Under the pieces are notes generated by a model. The model had not been told where the DNA came from and did no database searches. It saw nothing but the letters and a program-made list of their open reading frames with translations. Of a stretch of DNA of 64,000 nucleotides, positions 1 through 15,270 are shown piece after piece. The DNA comes from the human T2T-CHM13v2.0 reference genome, Homo sapiens, in assembly GCF_009914755.1 (NCBI RefSeq), contig NC_060929.1; one strand, given 5' to 3'. The position numbers were made by a program, and so were the translations under genes. Within the stretch, counting starts at the first letter, position 1, and the number at the start of each line of letters is the position of its first letter.

Positions 1-133
1 TCCTAGATAGAGAGCTTGAGCCTTAGTGAGTGTTCCACATAACTGCATGCAAAAAACTATTTTTGGGATATGTCTAACCGTACTGTAGCAAGGAGAGGCT
101 GCTATAGTCATCTAAGTACAAATCTCAATGCCT
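1..133 (+). repeat. Local dispersed duplication, copy A (partner at 1309-1440)
   Basis: Aligns with 1309-1440; the 45-nt block CAAGGAGAGGCTGCTATAGTCATCTAAGTACAAATCTCAATGCCT is identical at 89-133 and 1396-1440. Confidence 0.9.
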
Positions 134-454
134 GGAAGGTAGACTGGGAAGCCTTCAATGAGATAGAGGACAAGACTCCTTCTCCCTTTCTCTTTTCCCA
201 TAAACACTTAGAAGGCACATGTCAAGTTATCAGACAGATAGAAACTAACATCCATAGCTTTAGGAAGCTAAAGGCACAATGCAGGAAAAAAAATGATAAT
301 TTAAAAAGAATAAACTAGCAACGCCAGCGGTGTTCCAAGATGGCAATATGTCTGCAAGAGATTGTTTCAAATTAAAGAACCAGGCCTGGCATTGAGCAAA
401 GACCACTTATTGGTCACCTGGTACCAGAAAAATTCAGTTTGCATAAAAGATTTT

Positions 455-522
455 GCAGTAGCTGTATGACCAGGCATAAGTCTTCACCTATCTGAAGTCC
501 CATTTCTTCCTCTATAAACTGA
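455..522. mobile_element. MIR SINE fragment
   Basis: Degenerate MIR core: tagctgtatgacc...aagtcttcacctatctgaagtcccatttcttcctctataaa. Confidence 0.55.
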
Positions 523-839
523 ACAATTCAACCCTTGGCTACTTCACTGAAATGATCATTATAAGCCATGTGTTTCTTGGCTCCAGGACAGCCATGCTGG
601 TCATTTCTTCAATGACATGCATCACTTTCCCATTGCCGCCACTGTGCACTTGGTCCCAATCACCCATCTGGATCTTTTTTATTTCAGTCTCCTCACATTC
701 AACGCTTCCCTGTCCTGTGAATTCCCTCTGAAACACCTTGATACTTTAAATCCATGGAAAAAGGAACCATTTAATAACTATTGTAAAAATTGCTTATCTA
801 TTATGAATGAAATTAAACCCCTATCTCATATGATAAATT

Positions 840-1496
840 TTAAAATTGTACATGGATTAAAGAGCTAAGTGTTATATACACAAATATATACACCATTAAA
901 GTACCACAAGAAAATAAGAAAGAATAATGTAGATCTTGAAGAGGTCCACTTAAGTAAGACTACAAACCTGCAAGCCATAAAGAAAAAGAATAGCAGGCCA
1001 ATTACATTTAAAATAAAATCTTGTTTAGTAAACGATTTCTGAAACAAAATTAATAAATTACTGGGAGAAAATTGCCAGATATTTAAAAGGCAAAGAGCTA
1101 ATATACTCAGTTTCCAATGATTATTCATTCTGCAAATAAATAAGATAAATAGTTTCATGAAAACAATAAGCAGAAGATCTAATCCAATGTTTAATCTAAT
1201 AGAAAAGAGGGATCTGAGGCATGGGAGCCAACATCTCATCTCTTCATGCTCTCAACCCCACCCAAAAGAAAACATCTGCCAAATAATACAATTGCTTAAC
1301 AATGCAAGTCCTAGCCAGAGTGCTTGGGCCTTAGGAAGTGTTCCACATAACTGCATGCAAAAAAATCTATTTGGATAAGTCTAACTGCACTGTACCAAGG
1401 AGAGGCTGCTATAGTCATCTAAGTACAAATCTCAATGCCTCAACCTAAAGAAACACACACAACTAATAAACATAGGAAAAAATATTAACCTTTCAC
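840..1496 (+). mobile_element. Very old L1M (ORF2 3' part) fossil, interrupted by the duplicated block
   Basis: A-rich sequence resembling the L1 ORF2 3' region (ctgggagaaaatt...aaagagctaatat; aatctaatagaaaa; aataaacataggaaaaaat). Confidence 0.45.
1309..1440 (+). repeat. Local dispersed duplication, copy B
   Basis: Direct-orientation copy of 1-133. Confidence 0.9.
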
Positions 1497-2901
1497 ACAG
1501 ATGAGAATAGCTGAACAGAACCCTTCACTGATCATCCTCCCTGCAGGAACACCTAACTTAACGACTATCTCCACAACAAAGCAACTTAATTAGAACCAAA
1601 AATCAAGTGAGCAATCACAATACCTGGTTTTAACCTTATATCACCGAAATAGGCACTGAAGAAAGTAGGAAAAGCATTCTTGGATGGCCAATGCCACCCC
1701 TCCCACATCCCCCAGCAGTGGCCTTATGGTGTAGATAATCTGTTCACTTGGGGGAGGGAGAGCACGTAGGTTGTGAGACTTTGCATTGGAACTCAGCGCT
1801 ACCCTGTTGCAAGAGAAAGCAACACCGAGCAGAACTCAGTTGGTACTCACAGAGGGAGCATTTAGACGAGTCAAAGCTGGTCGGGAATCACCCAGCCTAG
1901 AGGTCAGAATCTGAGTATCAGCAAGCCCCACCACTGTAGGCTAAATAGCTCTGGGGTCCTAAATAAACTTGAAAGGCAATCTAAGCCACAAGAACTGCAA
2001 CTCCTAGGCAAAGCCTTGTGCTGTGCTGGGCTCGAATCCAATGGACTTGGGTGGGGAGGTAGATGACCTAGTAAAAAACCAGTGGGGTGGCTACAGCAGT
2101 GCTTGTGCTATCCCTCTCTCAACCCCAGAGAGTGCACCCTGCAGCTCAGAAAGAGACCAATTCCCTCTGCTTGAAGAGAGGAGAGGGAGAGCAAAGAGTA
2201 TTTTGTTTTTCAACTGGGATACCAGTCAACCACGTAGGATAGGGCATCAGGCAGAGCTGTGACCCCCCATTTCAGGCCCTAGCTCCCAAATGACATACCT
2301 AGCCACACCCTGGGCCAGAAGGGAATCCACTTCCTTGAAAGGAAGGACTCAATCCTGAAAGGATTCATTAAATGCTGACTAAAGAGCCTTTCGGCCCTGA
2401 ATAATCAGCGACCACAGCGAGGTACTACACACCATGAGCTGTGGGTGAGACTCTGAGACATGCTGGTTTCAGGTGTGACCCTGCAAATTCAAAGTTGCAA
2501 TGGCTATGATGAGAGATTCCTTCTGCTGGAAAAAATCAGAGGAAAAAGGACTTTGTCTTGCAGCTTTGGTGTTAGCTCAGCCACAGTGGGGTAAAGTATC
2601 AAGTGGGATTTTAGGGTTCCAAATTCCAGGCCTTGGCTCTTGGACAGCACTTCTGGACCTACCCTGGGCCACAGGGGAGCCCACTTCCCTGAATGGTGAG
2701 TCCCAGGCACAGTAGGATTGACCATAAGCTGACTGAAGAACACTTGGGCCTTAAGTGAAGATTGGTAGCAGCCTGGAAGTAGTCCCCATGAAACTGTGGT
2801 GGTTGTGAAATGCAGAGTGATTCACCTGCCTGGGGAAAAGAGAGGGAAGACTGGGAAAGGCTTTGTCTTATGGTGTGGTGCCAGCTTAGCCACACACACA
2901 A

Positions 2902-2947
<46 letters not shown>
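2902..2947. repeat. (AAT)n microsatellite
   Basis: About 15 perfect AAT units inside the old L1 5'UTR. Confidence 0.97.
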
Positions 2948-4032
2948 GAGCACCAGGAAGATTTCTGGGGTTTTTGACTTTAGGCCCCGACTCCCAGGAG
3001 TCATCTTGGATCTCTCTGGGGCCTGGGAAAACTCATTGCCCTGAAGGGAATGACACAATACTGTATGGATTTGCTACCTTCTGATTGCAGAGCCCTAGGG
3101 CTGAGTAAGCAGTAGCCAGGCCATAGTTATCCTAGGCCTTGGGTGAGACCTAGTGCTATGCTGGCTTCAGGTCTGACCCAGTGCAGTACCAGTGGTGTTG
3201 GCCACAGGGATCCTTATCTTATGTCAACCCTCCCCCAGCTCCAGGCAACATAGCAAAGGGAGAAAGAGACTCCAGTTGTTTGGGAGAAAGAAAGGGAAAA
3301 AACACAAGAGTCTTTATCTGGTAATTCAGGGAATCTTGCAGATCTTATCCAAGACCACCAGAGCGGTACCTCTAGGTGTCTGCCAGAACCACAGCATTAC
3401 TGGGCTTGCAATGCCCTCTAATGCAGATATGGCTGCAGTGACCAAAAATGTATGTCACGACACCCAAGTCACTCAGAATACCTACAAAGCCTTCCCAAGA
3501 AAGACAGGTACAAATGAACACAAACTATGAAGACTATAATAAATACCTAACTCTTCAATGTCTAGACACTGACAAACATCTGTAAGCCACAAGACCATAC
3601 AAGAAAACATGACATCATCAAACAAACTATATAAGGCACCAGGGATCAATCCCTGAGAGACAAGAGATATGTGACTTTGCAGACAGAGAACTAAAGACAG
3701 CTGTTTTCAGGAAACTCAACGAAATTCAAGATAATACAGACAAAGAATTCAGAATCCTACTAGATTAAATGTAACAAAGAAATTGAAATAATTAGAAAGA
3801 ATCGAGCAGAAATTCTGTGGTTGAAAAACACAATTGATCTACTGAAGAATGCAATAGAGTCTCTTAACAGCAGAAGTGATCAAGCAGAATAAAGAATTAG
3901 TAAGATTGAAGATAAGCTATTTGAAAATACAGAGGAGACAAAAGAAGAAAGAATGAAGCATACCTACAAGGTCTGGAAAATAACCTCGAAAGTACAAATC
4001 TAAGTGTTATTGGTTTTAAAGAGGAGGTAGAG

Positions 4033-4367
<335 letters not shown>

Positions 4368-5399
4368 TTATTCAAAATGGTAATAACAGAAAACATCCCA
4401 GACCTAAAGACAGATATCAATACTTATGTGCAAGAAGGTTTCAGAACACAAAGTAGATTTTAATCTGAAGAAGACTACCTCAAAACATTTAATAATCAAA
4501 CGCCCAAAAGTCGAGGATAAGGAGTGGAGTCTAAGAGCAGCAAGAAAAAAGAAACAAATAACATACAATGGAATTTTACTATGTTTGGTAGGAGACCGAT
4601 TAGTGGAAACCTTACAGTTCAGGAGAAGTTGCATGACATATTTAAAGTGCTGAAGAAGAAACTTTTACCCTAGGATAGTATATGCTTAAACATGAAGGAG
4701 AAATAAAGACTTTCCCAGAGAAACAAAGCTGAGGAATTTCAACTCTAGACCAGTCCTACAAGAAATGCTAAAAGGAGTTCTTCAATCTGAAAGAAAAAGA
4801 TGTTAATGAGCAATAAGAAATCAAATTAAAGTACAAAATTTACTGGTAATAGTAAGTACATTTTAAAAACGCAGAATATTATACTGTAATCGTAGGGTGT
4901 AAACTAGTATATCTTATGTAGAAAGGCAAAAGAATGAAACAATCAAAATAATAACTGCAACAGCTTTCAAGACAGCACAATAAGACATAAATATAAAAAA
5001 AAGAAAAGTTAAAAGACTAAAAGACAAAGATGAAGTTTAGAGTTTTTATTAGTTTTCTTTTTGTGTGTTTGTTTGTGCAATCAATGTTACATTGTCACTA
5101 GTTGAATATAACGGGTTATGAGATATTATTTGTAAGCCTCGTTATAACTTCAAATCTACAAACATACATCAGATACACAAAAAAATTAAAAGCAAGAAAT
5201 TAAAGCATACCACCAGAAAAAATCACATTCACTAAAAAGAAGAAGGGAAGGAATAAAAGAATAAAAAGAAGACTACAAAGCAGCCAGATAACATAAAACA
5301 AAATGTAAGTCCTTACTTATCAATAATATTGAATGTAAATAGATTAAACTCTCCAATCCAAAGACATAGAGTGGCAGAATAAATTTAAAAAAAAATCCT

Positions 5400-5729
<330 letters not shown>

Positions 5730-6316
5730 TCACCTATAAAGACACACATAGACTGAAAATAAATGGATGGAAAAAGATATTCCATGTCAATGGAAACCAA
5801 AAAAGTGCAGGAGTAGCTATACTTACATCAGATAAAATGTATCTCAAAACAAAAGAAGCCAAATAATGTCATTATATATTAATAAAGGGATCAACTCAGC
5901 AAGAGGATATAACAATTGTAAATATGGACACCCTACACAGAAGCAGCCAGATGTATAAAGTATATATTATTAGAGCTAAAGAGAGAGATAGACCCAAATA
6001 CAATATCTGGAGACTTCAACATCCCACTTTCAGCATCAGACAGTTCATCCAGACAGAAAGTTAGCAAGAAAACGTTGAACTTAATGTGCACTATAGACCA
6101 AATGGTCCTAATAGATATTTGCAGAACATTTCATTTAATGGTTGCACAGTATAAATTCTTCCATTCAGAACAGAAATCATTCTCAAGGATAAGCCATGTA
6201 TTAGGCCATAAAACAAGACTTAAAACATTCTAAAAAATTGAAATAATATCATGCATCTTCCCTGACCACAATGGAATAAAATTAGAAATCAAGAGCAGGA
6301 AGAATTTGAGAAACTA

Positions 6317-6800
<484 letters not shown>

Positions 6801-9146
6801 CTACATCAAAAAAGTAGAAAAACATAAAATAAATAACTGAACAGTACATCCCAAGTAACTAGAAAAGCAAGAGCAAACCACACCCAAGGATAGTAGAAAA
6901 AGACAAATAATAATAATAATAATAATCAGAACATAAATAAAATTGAACAAAGGAATACAAAACATAAATGAAATAAAAGTTGTTATTTTAGAAGATAAAT
7001 AAAATCCACAAACCTGTAGTCAGACTCAGAAAAAAAAGAGAGATTGCCCAAGTAAATAAAATCTGTTATGTAAAATGAGACACTACAGCCAATACTGCAG
7101 AAATTCAAAGCATAATTAGAGGTTACTGTGAGCAAGCATATGACAATACATTAGAAAACCTGGAAGAAATGGATAAATTTCTAGACACATACAACCTAAC
7201 ACGACTGAACCATAAGTAAATTCAAAACCTGAACAGTCCATAACAAATAATGAGTTCAAAGATGTAATATAAAAGTCTCCAAGGAAAAGAGGGCCCAAGA
7301 GCTGATGGCTTTATGGCTGAATTTTACAAAACATTTAAAGAAGTAATACCAATTCTACTCCAACTATTCTGAAAAATAGAGAAAGGAGTGTTTCCAAACT
7401 CATTCTGTGAGGCCAGTATCACCCTGATACCAAAACCAAAGACACATCAAAAAGAAAATTACAGGCTGATATCCCTGGTAAGCATTGATGGAAAAATTCT
7501 TAACAAAATACTAGCCAAATTAATTCAACAATGCATTAAAAAAGTCACTCATCATGACCAAGTGGAATTTATCCCTGGGATGCAAGAATGGTTCATCATA
7601 TGCAAATCAGTGTGATTCATTATATCAATGGAATGAAGAACGAAAATCATATAATCATTTCAGTTGATGCTAGAAAAGGTATCCGATAAAACTTAACAAC
7701 CTTCATAATAAGAACCTGCAAAATGCCAAGTATAAAAGGAACATACCTCAACATAATAAAAGCCATATATAATGGACCCATAGCTAGTAGCATACTAAAT
7801 GAAGAAAGACTGAAAGCCTTTTCTCTGAGATGAGGAACATAACAAGGATGCCCACGTACCCCACTGTTATTCAACATAGTACTGGAAGTTCTAGCTAGAG
7901 CAATCAGAGAAGAGAAAGAAATAAAGAGCATCCAAACTGGAAAGAAATAAGCCATTTTTTTTTGTTTGCAGTTGATAGGACATTATATTTGGAAAAATCT
8001 GAACAATCCACCAAAATCTCTTAGAAATAATACCAAAGTCAGCAAATTTGCAGGATATAATATTAACATACAAAAATTAGTAGCATTTCTATATGCCAAC
8101 AGCAAGCAATCTAAAAATAAAATTAACAAAGTAATTCCATTTACAGTAGCCACAAATAAAATTAAATACCTATGCACACACTTAACGAAAGAAGTGAAAG
8201 ATCTCTACAATAAAAACTATAAAACATTGATGAAAGAAATTGAAGAGGACAAAGAAACTAGAAAGATGTTTCATATTCAGTATTGGAAGAGTCAAAATTG
8301 TTAAAGTATCTATACTACCCAAGGCAATTTACAGATTTGGTGCAACCCCTATCAAAATACCAATGGCATTCTTCCCAGAAATAGAGAAAAATAATCTTAA
8401 AATGTACATGGAAATGTAAAAGATCCAGAATAGACAAAGCTATCCTGAGCAGAAAGAACAAAATCGGAAGAACCACATTACCTGACTTCAAATAATCTGA
8501 GCTTATAGTAACTCAAACAGCATGATACTGGCATACAAACATACATGTAGACCAATGGAACAGAATATAAAACACAGAAAAATATCTATACTTCTACAGA
8601 ACTTATTTTCAACAAATTCTAAAGCATAGACACTGAGGAAAGGATGGTGTCTTCAATAACTGGTGCTGGGAAAACAGAATATCCATATGCAGAAGAATGA
8701 AACTAGACCCCTCTCTCTCACTCTATACAAAAGTCAAAACAAAATGGATTAAAGACTTAAATCTAAAACTAAAAGCTATGAAACTACTAAAAGAAAACTT
8801 TGCAAACTATCTATCTGACAAGGGATTAATAGGCATAATATATATGGAACTCAAATACTTCTATAGGAAAAAGATCAAATAACTGATTAAAAAATATGAA
8901 AAATATTTAGATAGACATTTTCTAAAAGAAGACATAAATGGCAAACAGGCATATGAAAAGGTGCTCAATATATTTGATTATCAGAGAATTGCAAATCAAA
9001 ACTGCGATGAGATATCATCTTACTCCTAGTAAAATGGCTTTTATCAAATGGACAGCCAATAATAAATGCTGGCCAGGATATGGCAAAGAGGAAACCCTTG
9101 TAAACTGTTGGTGGGAGTGTAAATTAGTATATTAAAGAGATATCTG

Positions 9147-9362
9147 CATGGTGAAACCCCGTTTCTACTTAAAAAAAAAAAAAAAAATTAGCCGGGCATG
9201 GTAGCTCATGCCTGTAATCCCAGGTACTTGGGAGGCTGAGGCAGGAGAATCGCCTGAACCTGGGAGGCAGAGGTTGCAGTTAGTCTAGATTGTGCCATTG
9301 CACTCCAGCCTGGGCAACAAGAGCGAAACGCCATCTCAAAAAAAAAAAAAAAGAAAAAAAAA
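9147..9362 (+). mobile_element. 5'-truncated AluS
   Basis: Begins at catggtgaaacccc, has the right monomer and A tail; agatatctgca is repeated on both sides (TSD). Confidence 0.92.
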
Positions 9363-10001
9363 GATATCTGCACTTTCATGTTTATTGCAGCACTATTCAC
9401 AATAGCTAAAATTTGTAAACAACCTGTTTATCAACAGATGAACGGATAAAGAAATTGTTGTAAATATACAAAATAGAACACTATTCAGCAAATAAAAAAA
9501 TGAGATCGTGTCATTTCCAATAACAGGGATGGAACTCGAAGTCATTATGTTAAGAGAAATATGTCGGGCACAGAAAGACAAACTTCGCATGTTCTCACTT
9601 ATTTTTGCAGGCTGAAAATTAAACAATTGAATTCATGGAGACAGAGAATAGAAAGATGGTTATCAGAAGCTTGGAATGGTAGTGAAGGGGATGGGGAGAA
9701 AGTGGGGATGGTTAACGGGTAAAAATTAGAAAGACTGAATACAATCTATTATTTATAGCACAACAGGGTGACTATAGCCAATAATAATTTAATTATACAT
9801 TTTAAAATAACTGAAAGAGTATAATTGGATTATTTGTAACACAAAGGGTAAAGGCTTGAGTTGATGGATACCTTATTTACCCTGATGTGATTATTACACT
9901 TTGTATGCCTGTATCAAAATATCTCATATACCCCATAAATACATACATTTATTATGTACCCACAAAAATTGAAAATAAAAAAATTAAAAGACACAAAAGA
10001 A

Positions 10002-10210
10002 GCTCTTACTCTCAATAAACTTGCAGTCTAGTGGGAAGACAAACATGGACTATCGCAATATGACTTGTACAGAGCAGATGTGAGCCAAGTCTGCTGAGAG
10101 CATTGGAGGGAATCCTGAGTAGGAAGCAGTTGTCAGGAAAGACTTCACAAGGAAGAGGTATGAGTTGAGACGCAGACAAAGAAGTGGTAAGGATGGTGTT
10201 CTGAGCAGAA
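10002..10210 (-). mobile_element. L2 fragment
   Basis: ctctcaataaacttgcagtctagtgggaagacaaac...tcaggaaagacttcacaagg resembles antisense L2. Confidence 0.55.
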
Positions 10211-10519
10211 GAAAAAGAAACATCATACATGTCAACACCACCTTTGCTAGTTGTGCCTCTATAAAGTCCCTTGACTGAAAAGATATTTGTAAGTAAATTT
10301 ACGAGGCCCAAGATTAAAATTCTACAATGACTCAGTCTCATTATAACACCATAGAGTCACAGAAAGAGCCTGGTGAGTATTTATTTAAAAATAATACCCT
10401 TCTCTCACATCCTAGACAATATGGTTCCAAATCAAGACCTCATCATTGAAGATGGTGTCACCCCCACACAGGAGACAACTTCACCCCAGACACTGAGACT
10501 ACTTTCCTATTATTACATG

Positions 10520-10566
10520 CACACACACACACACCCCCACACAGATACACATACACACACACACAC
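10520..10566. repeat. Imperfect (CA)n
   Basis: Interrupted CA run. Confidence 0.85.
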
Positions 10567-11147
10567 CCCTAATCACTGGAACCTGTGACTATGTTATATT
10601 ACACAACATAAAGGTACTTTGAAGATGTAAAGTTACCAGCCTCAAAATAGAGAGATTATTCTAGACTATCCAGGTGGGTACAACCCAATCACATGATGAC
10701 TTAAAAACAGAACTTTATTTGATTGAAGTCACAGAGATGAGGCAGAAGGGGAATTTAGAGTGACTCAAAGTGTACGTGGCACTTGAGAAACTCAATTGTC
10801 TTTTTTTTTTTTTGGAAATGGGCTGCATGGAAAGCAGGACACAGGCAGTATTGATGAGCAAAGACTGGCTTCAGACTTGCAGCTGATAGGGAAACTGAGG
10901 CCTTGGTCCTACATTTGGAAGGAACTGAATTCAGCCACAGCCTTAATAAGCTGAAACAGATTATTCTCCAAAGCCTCTAAAAATAATGAATGTTCTGACA
11001 ATACCTTGATTACACCCTTATGACACTCTAGGCAGAAGACCAGAGAACCCAGATAAAACACACCTTGCAGGGTCTTCTGACCCTTCAAACTGTGAGATCA
11101 TAAATTTGTGTTGTTTAAAAATACCAGGTTCATGGTAATTTTTTTAA
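10565..11147 (+). mobile_element. MaLR LTR (MLT1D/E type)
   Basis: cctaatcactggaacctgtgactatgtta...gagattattctagactatccaggtgg...aactgtgagatcataaatttgtgttgtttaa. Confidence 0.75.
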
Positions 11148-11176
11148 ATGAAATCCATGGGTATATACACACAGAT

Positions 11177-11220
<44 letters not shown>
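11177..11220. repeat. (GATA)11 tetranucleotide STR
   Basis: Perfect GATA run. Confidence 0.97.
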
Positions 11221-11222
<2 letters not shown>

Positions 11223-12130
11223 CAAGAGAGAGAGACAAAGAGAGAAAATAATGTGTATTTCAATTTAAAATTTTGACAAGGTGATATTCAGAGCTGGCCA
11301 CTATATTTTAAAAATATTTATAGGCACATATCTTGTTTAATGAACTCTCTTCTTTAGTTAAAGTTCTCAGCTGACTATAGTAGAATTCACTTTGGCTAGG
11401 CAAAACATAAAAGAAATATTTTGAAAGATAGTAGGAAGTATGCAGATTCTCCAGTACAACTAGAAAGCCAGTCTCCTAAAATATACAGCAAGACCAATGC
11501 ATTGGGGGCATATAAACAATGATACTGATTTTGTTGCCCATCTTCATCAACACTATAGCTTCTTCAGAGCATAGCAATTACTTTCAGGATTACTGTCCAA
11601 AATTGTCATTGTGGTAGTTAGTTAAAAAGCAATATAAAACTAATATAACAAGGTCTCAAAAAGTAACAACTGCTTTTTTTCAGAAATTTGGTAGTTGCAA
11701 CATTTTATCTTTAGAGTATGGATGTCAAATTATAAATGTCTGTAGTGCTAAACAAAGTAGCATGAAAAAGACAGCAGAATATAGAAGACATAGGGAATTG
11801 TAGGATTTGTAACAAATTAATGGGTTAGTTTTACTCAAATCCAGCAGTTTGGGATGATTTGAATATGGCTAAATACTAAATTTTTAAAAATAAGTAAAAA
11901 TCTAGTAGTTGTTTTTAACATGAAATCAGTTGGCAACAACCTACACCCTACCCCAATTAAAAAAAAATCTATGTGGGCCAAACGATGTGAGTATGGCACT
12001 ATTTTATGTTCTGTACTATAAAATTTAAGAATAAATATATTTGCTTGTGTTTTCCCTTTTGAGAAGTTTTTTCAATTTCATATGTAAACATTTCCATTTT
12101 CTTCCTGATTTATTTATTTTTTTCTCTAAA

Positions 12131-12250
12131 TCATTCATTCATAAAGAACATGCTCATTGAGCATCTTCTATGGAACTGACACTATTTAAGACATATTGAG
12201 CAAAATAGAAAGATATCCCAGCCCACCTGAGGTTAATTCCTAGAAGCAGA
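12131..12250 (-). mobile_element. L2 3' end fragment
   Basis: tcattcattcataaagaacatgctcattgagcatcttctatg matches the antisense L2 tail. Confidence 0.6.
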
Positions 12251-12948
12251 ATACATAAAACATAATTAAAATATATAAATTGTATATCAGCCACTGTATA
12301 TCATCATTGGTAAATGTTGATAAAATGTGAAGAAAAAAACTGTGAAGAAATTATTGAGAGAACACAAGTTTGGAGATAGAAGATGGATGGAGGAAAACTG
12401 TTTAATGCCAATATTATTTTGGCATTAAAATTCTAAATTTTGACATCTTTCAAAATTCTAATACAATTTCCTATGTACTAGAGCAACAAGGATTGGGGGG
12501 CTATTCTACTTACTCTCAAAGAGTTTACAAGTTGGTGAAACTGACATACAAGGTAAACAGATTATATTCTGATAAGTACTGTCATGATTTATAGCATACA
12601 GGAAAGTAAAGAGTTTTAGGCAAAGCTTATAGGAATGCCAGAAATAGATGGTGAAATTTCCTAGAATGTGTGTAAACTATATTGAAATTAACAACGTTAA
12701 AATGTTTAGCTAGGCATTTTAAATAACTAATTTCTGAGTACCATTCCATACTTCCAAGATTCTACTATTTAAAGATCCCATGTGGTCCTATAGGAAAATC
12801 TTCGAAAATTTTGAATGAGAGCTCAGACCTAAAAATGTTATAAGATCCCTCTGATGTCCATAAATACTTGGAAAATCATTTTTTCCCATAGAGTTTCATA
12901 TGAAGCCATGCCTATAAAGACTTTTTGTATTTTTAAAACATGGAGACA

Positions 12949-13230
<282 letters not shown>

Positions 13231-13232
13231 TA

Positions 13233-13603
13233 ATGGAATACTATGCAGCCATAAAAAATGATGAGTTCATGTCCTTTGTAGGGACATGGATGAAATTGGA
13301 AACCATCATTCTCAGCAAACTATCGTAAGGACAAAAAACCAAACACCGCATGTTCTCACTCATAGGTGGGAATTGAACAATGAAAACACATGGACACAGG
13401 AAGGGGAACATCACACACTGGGGCCTGTTGTGGGGTGGGGGGGGGAGGGATAGCATTAGGAGATATACCTAATGTTAAATGACGAGTTAATGGGTGCAGC
13501 ACACCAACATGGCACATGTATACATACGTAACAAACCTGCACATTGTGCACATGTACCCTAAAACTCAAAGTATAATAAAAATAAATAAATAAATAAATA
13601 AAA
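13233..13603 (+). mobile_element. 5'-truncated L1PA (PA3-5 type) 3' end
   Basis: atggaatactatgcagccataaaaaatgatgag...gtaccctaaaactcaaagtataataa plus an (AAAT)n tail; closely matches 50447-50800. Confidence 0.93.
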
Positions 13604-15270
13604 TGTCAAAAAAAGAAAACATGGAGACAATTCAGTCCTGAAGTTTGCAACTTTTCCAAAAGGTCAAAAAGCCTAATAATCTCCATTTTTAGAGTAACTA
13701 GGAGACAAGGATAACCTAAGATATCTCAAATAAATTATACCAAAGTATTGGAGTCCCACGCAAAGTTAGGAATCCATAAATTGTGATAGGAAGAATGGTG
13801 GTTAAAATACCAAGAGTCTAGTCTTGGTGGAGTCCATAGTCACTCCTGAAGGAGAAGGTCCCAACCAGAAAGGAAAAGTTATATCCAGGATGAAGACTAA
13901 ACAGGCTCAAGTGCTAGCGAAATTCAACAGAGAAGGCAAGAAATTTGCCCAGTGACCCAAACATCTCAAATTTTTTGAGATGTTTGCTAGAACCAGGAGG
14001 TTCTAGCAAAATAAAATTCCCCCCAAAATTTTGGGTCCTCTGGTACACTGGTCCATGAAGCATTCTTAGAGGAAATCAGGGAAGGCCAATGGCTGCATAG
14101 CTCTCCTGCTTCAAGTTAGTTTCCAAGTGTCAGAGGAGCTGTGGTTATACAAAAAATCCATGCTATAAATAAGCATTGTCTATTGTAGCAGCAGCAGAAG
14201 AGGGCATTGAGTGGCAAAGTTGGAAAGCTATCTTTCCTATCTCCATTTCTTCCAGAGGAACCGATTGTAATAATTGAGAAAAATTCAACTCATTCACATA
14301 GGAGCAGCAGAAACAGAGTATACCTTCAATAAACATGGAACTGTATGAATAATTGTCTGGTGAGGAAAAGATATAAAGAATAAATTCATTTTTGCCCTGA
14401 TATACTGCTTTCAAACTTTGAAGAATTTTCTTTCAAAGATGCTTCTTGCAAGAAACCAGAAGGGATATTTTCAACCATAGCGTTTCCCAGTAAATGAATT
14501 TGCGAGTTACGTGACTGGTAATCACAAAATTTTGTTCTTTAGGAGATTCTATAGAAAATTGTGACCATGCTAAAAGTTCTCATGTGTTTCTTTACCAATT
14601 TAACAGCCATGTTTACACTTTCTGAAACACTTTCTCTATCTTCTAAAAATATCTGAAAAGTTCCCTGATTACAAAAGGAAAGAGAAAATTACTGGCCTGT
14701 TGAAAGACTAAACAGAGGCTGAATTAAATTGCTTTTCTAGGGGGAATGCAAAGTAATTACATAGTAAGGGGTTAACATCTGGAACAAATTTAGCAGGATG
14801 TAGTAGTTAAATATTGCCCTCTAAAACCTACAATATTGAGGGATTAAGATAAATGTAAGCTACTCATTATCTGTAATTGGTCAGTTTTTAGAAAATAAAT
14901 GAATGCTTTTTAAGTTATTACTTGGGTACAACTGTTAAATTTTGTTTCCCTGTTTAAAAAAAAAATCAGTGCCAGAGATTCTCAGTAGAAACAGGTTAAC
15001 TCTTTCTTATCTTTACATAATTTTTCATGACAAAATATTGAATACAGTTTCAACTTAATTGTACCTCTACCTGGAGTTGAGAATGCACATTATGAAGTGG
15101 TTCACTTTGACTGATTTCTCCAGTTAACCTCATCAAATCTCCAGTTGATCTATGTAATGATTATCTAGTTCATCAGCCAGTATCTCAGAAGTTGACACTT
15201 TTTACTGTAAAGAGGTCAAAACTTTCCTTTAAGTTATCTCAGTTCCTATTAGCAAAATATAGTCAATTCA

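Noticed and set aside
14225-14530. Possible exon after the pyrimidine tract ctccatttcttccag
   Set aside because: A splice-like motif alone is not evidence; no ORF or clear donor site.
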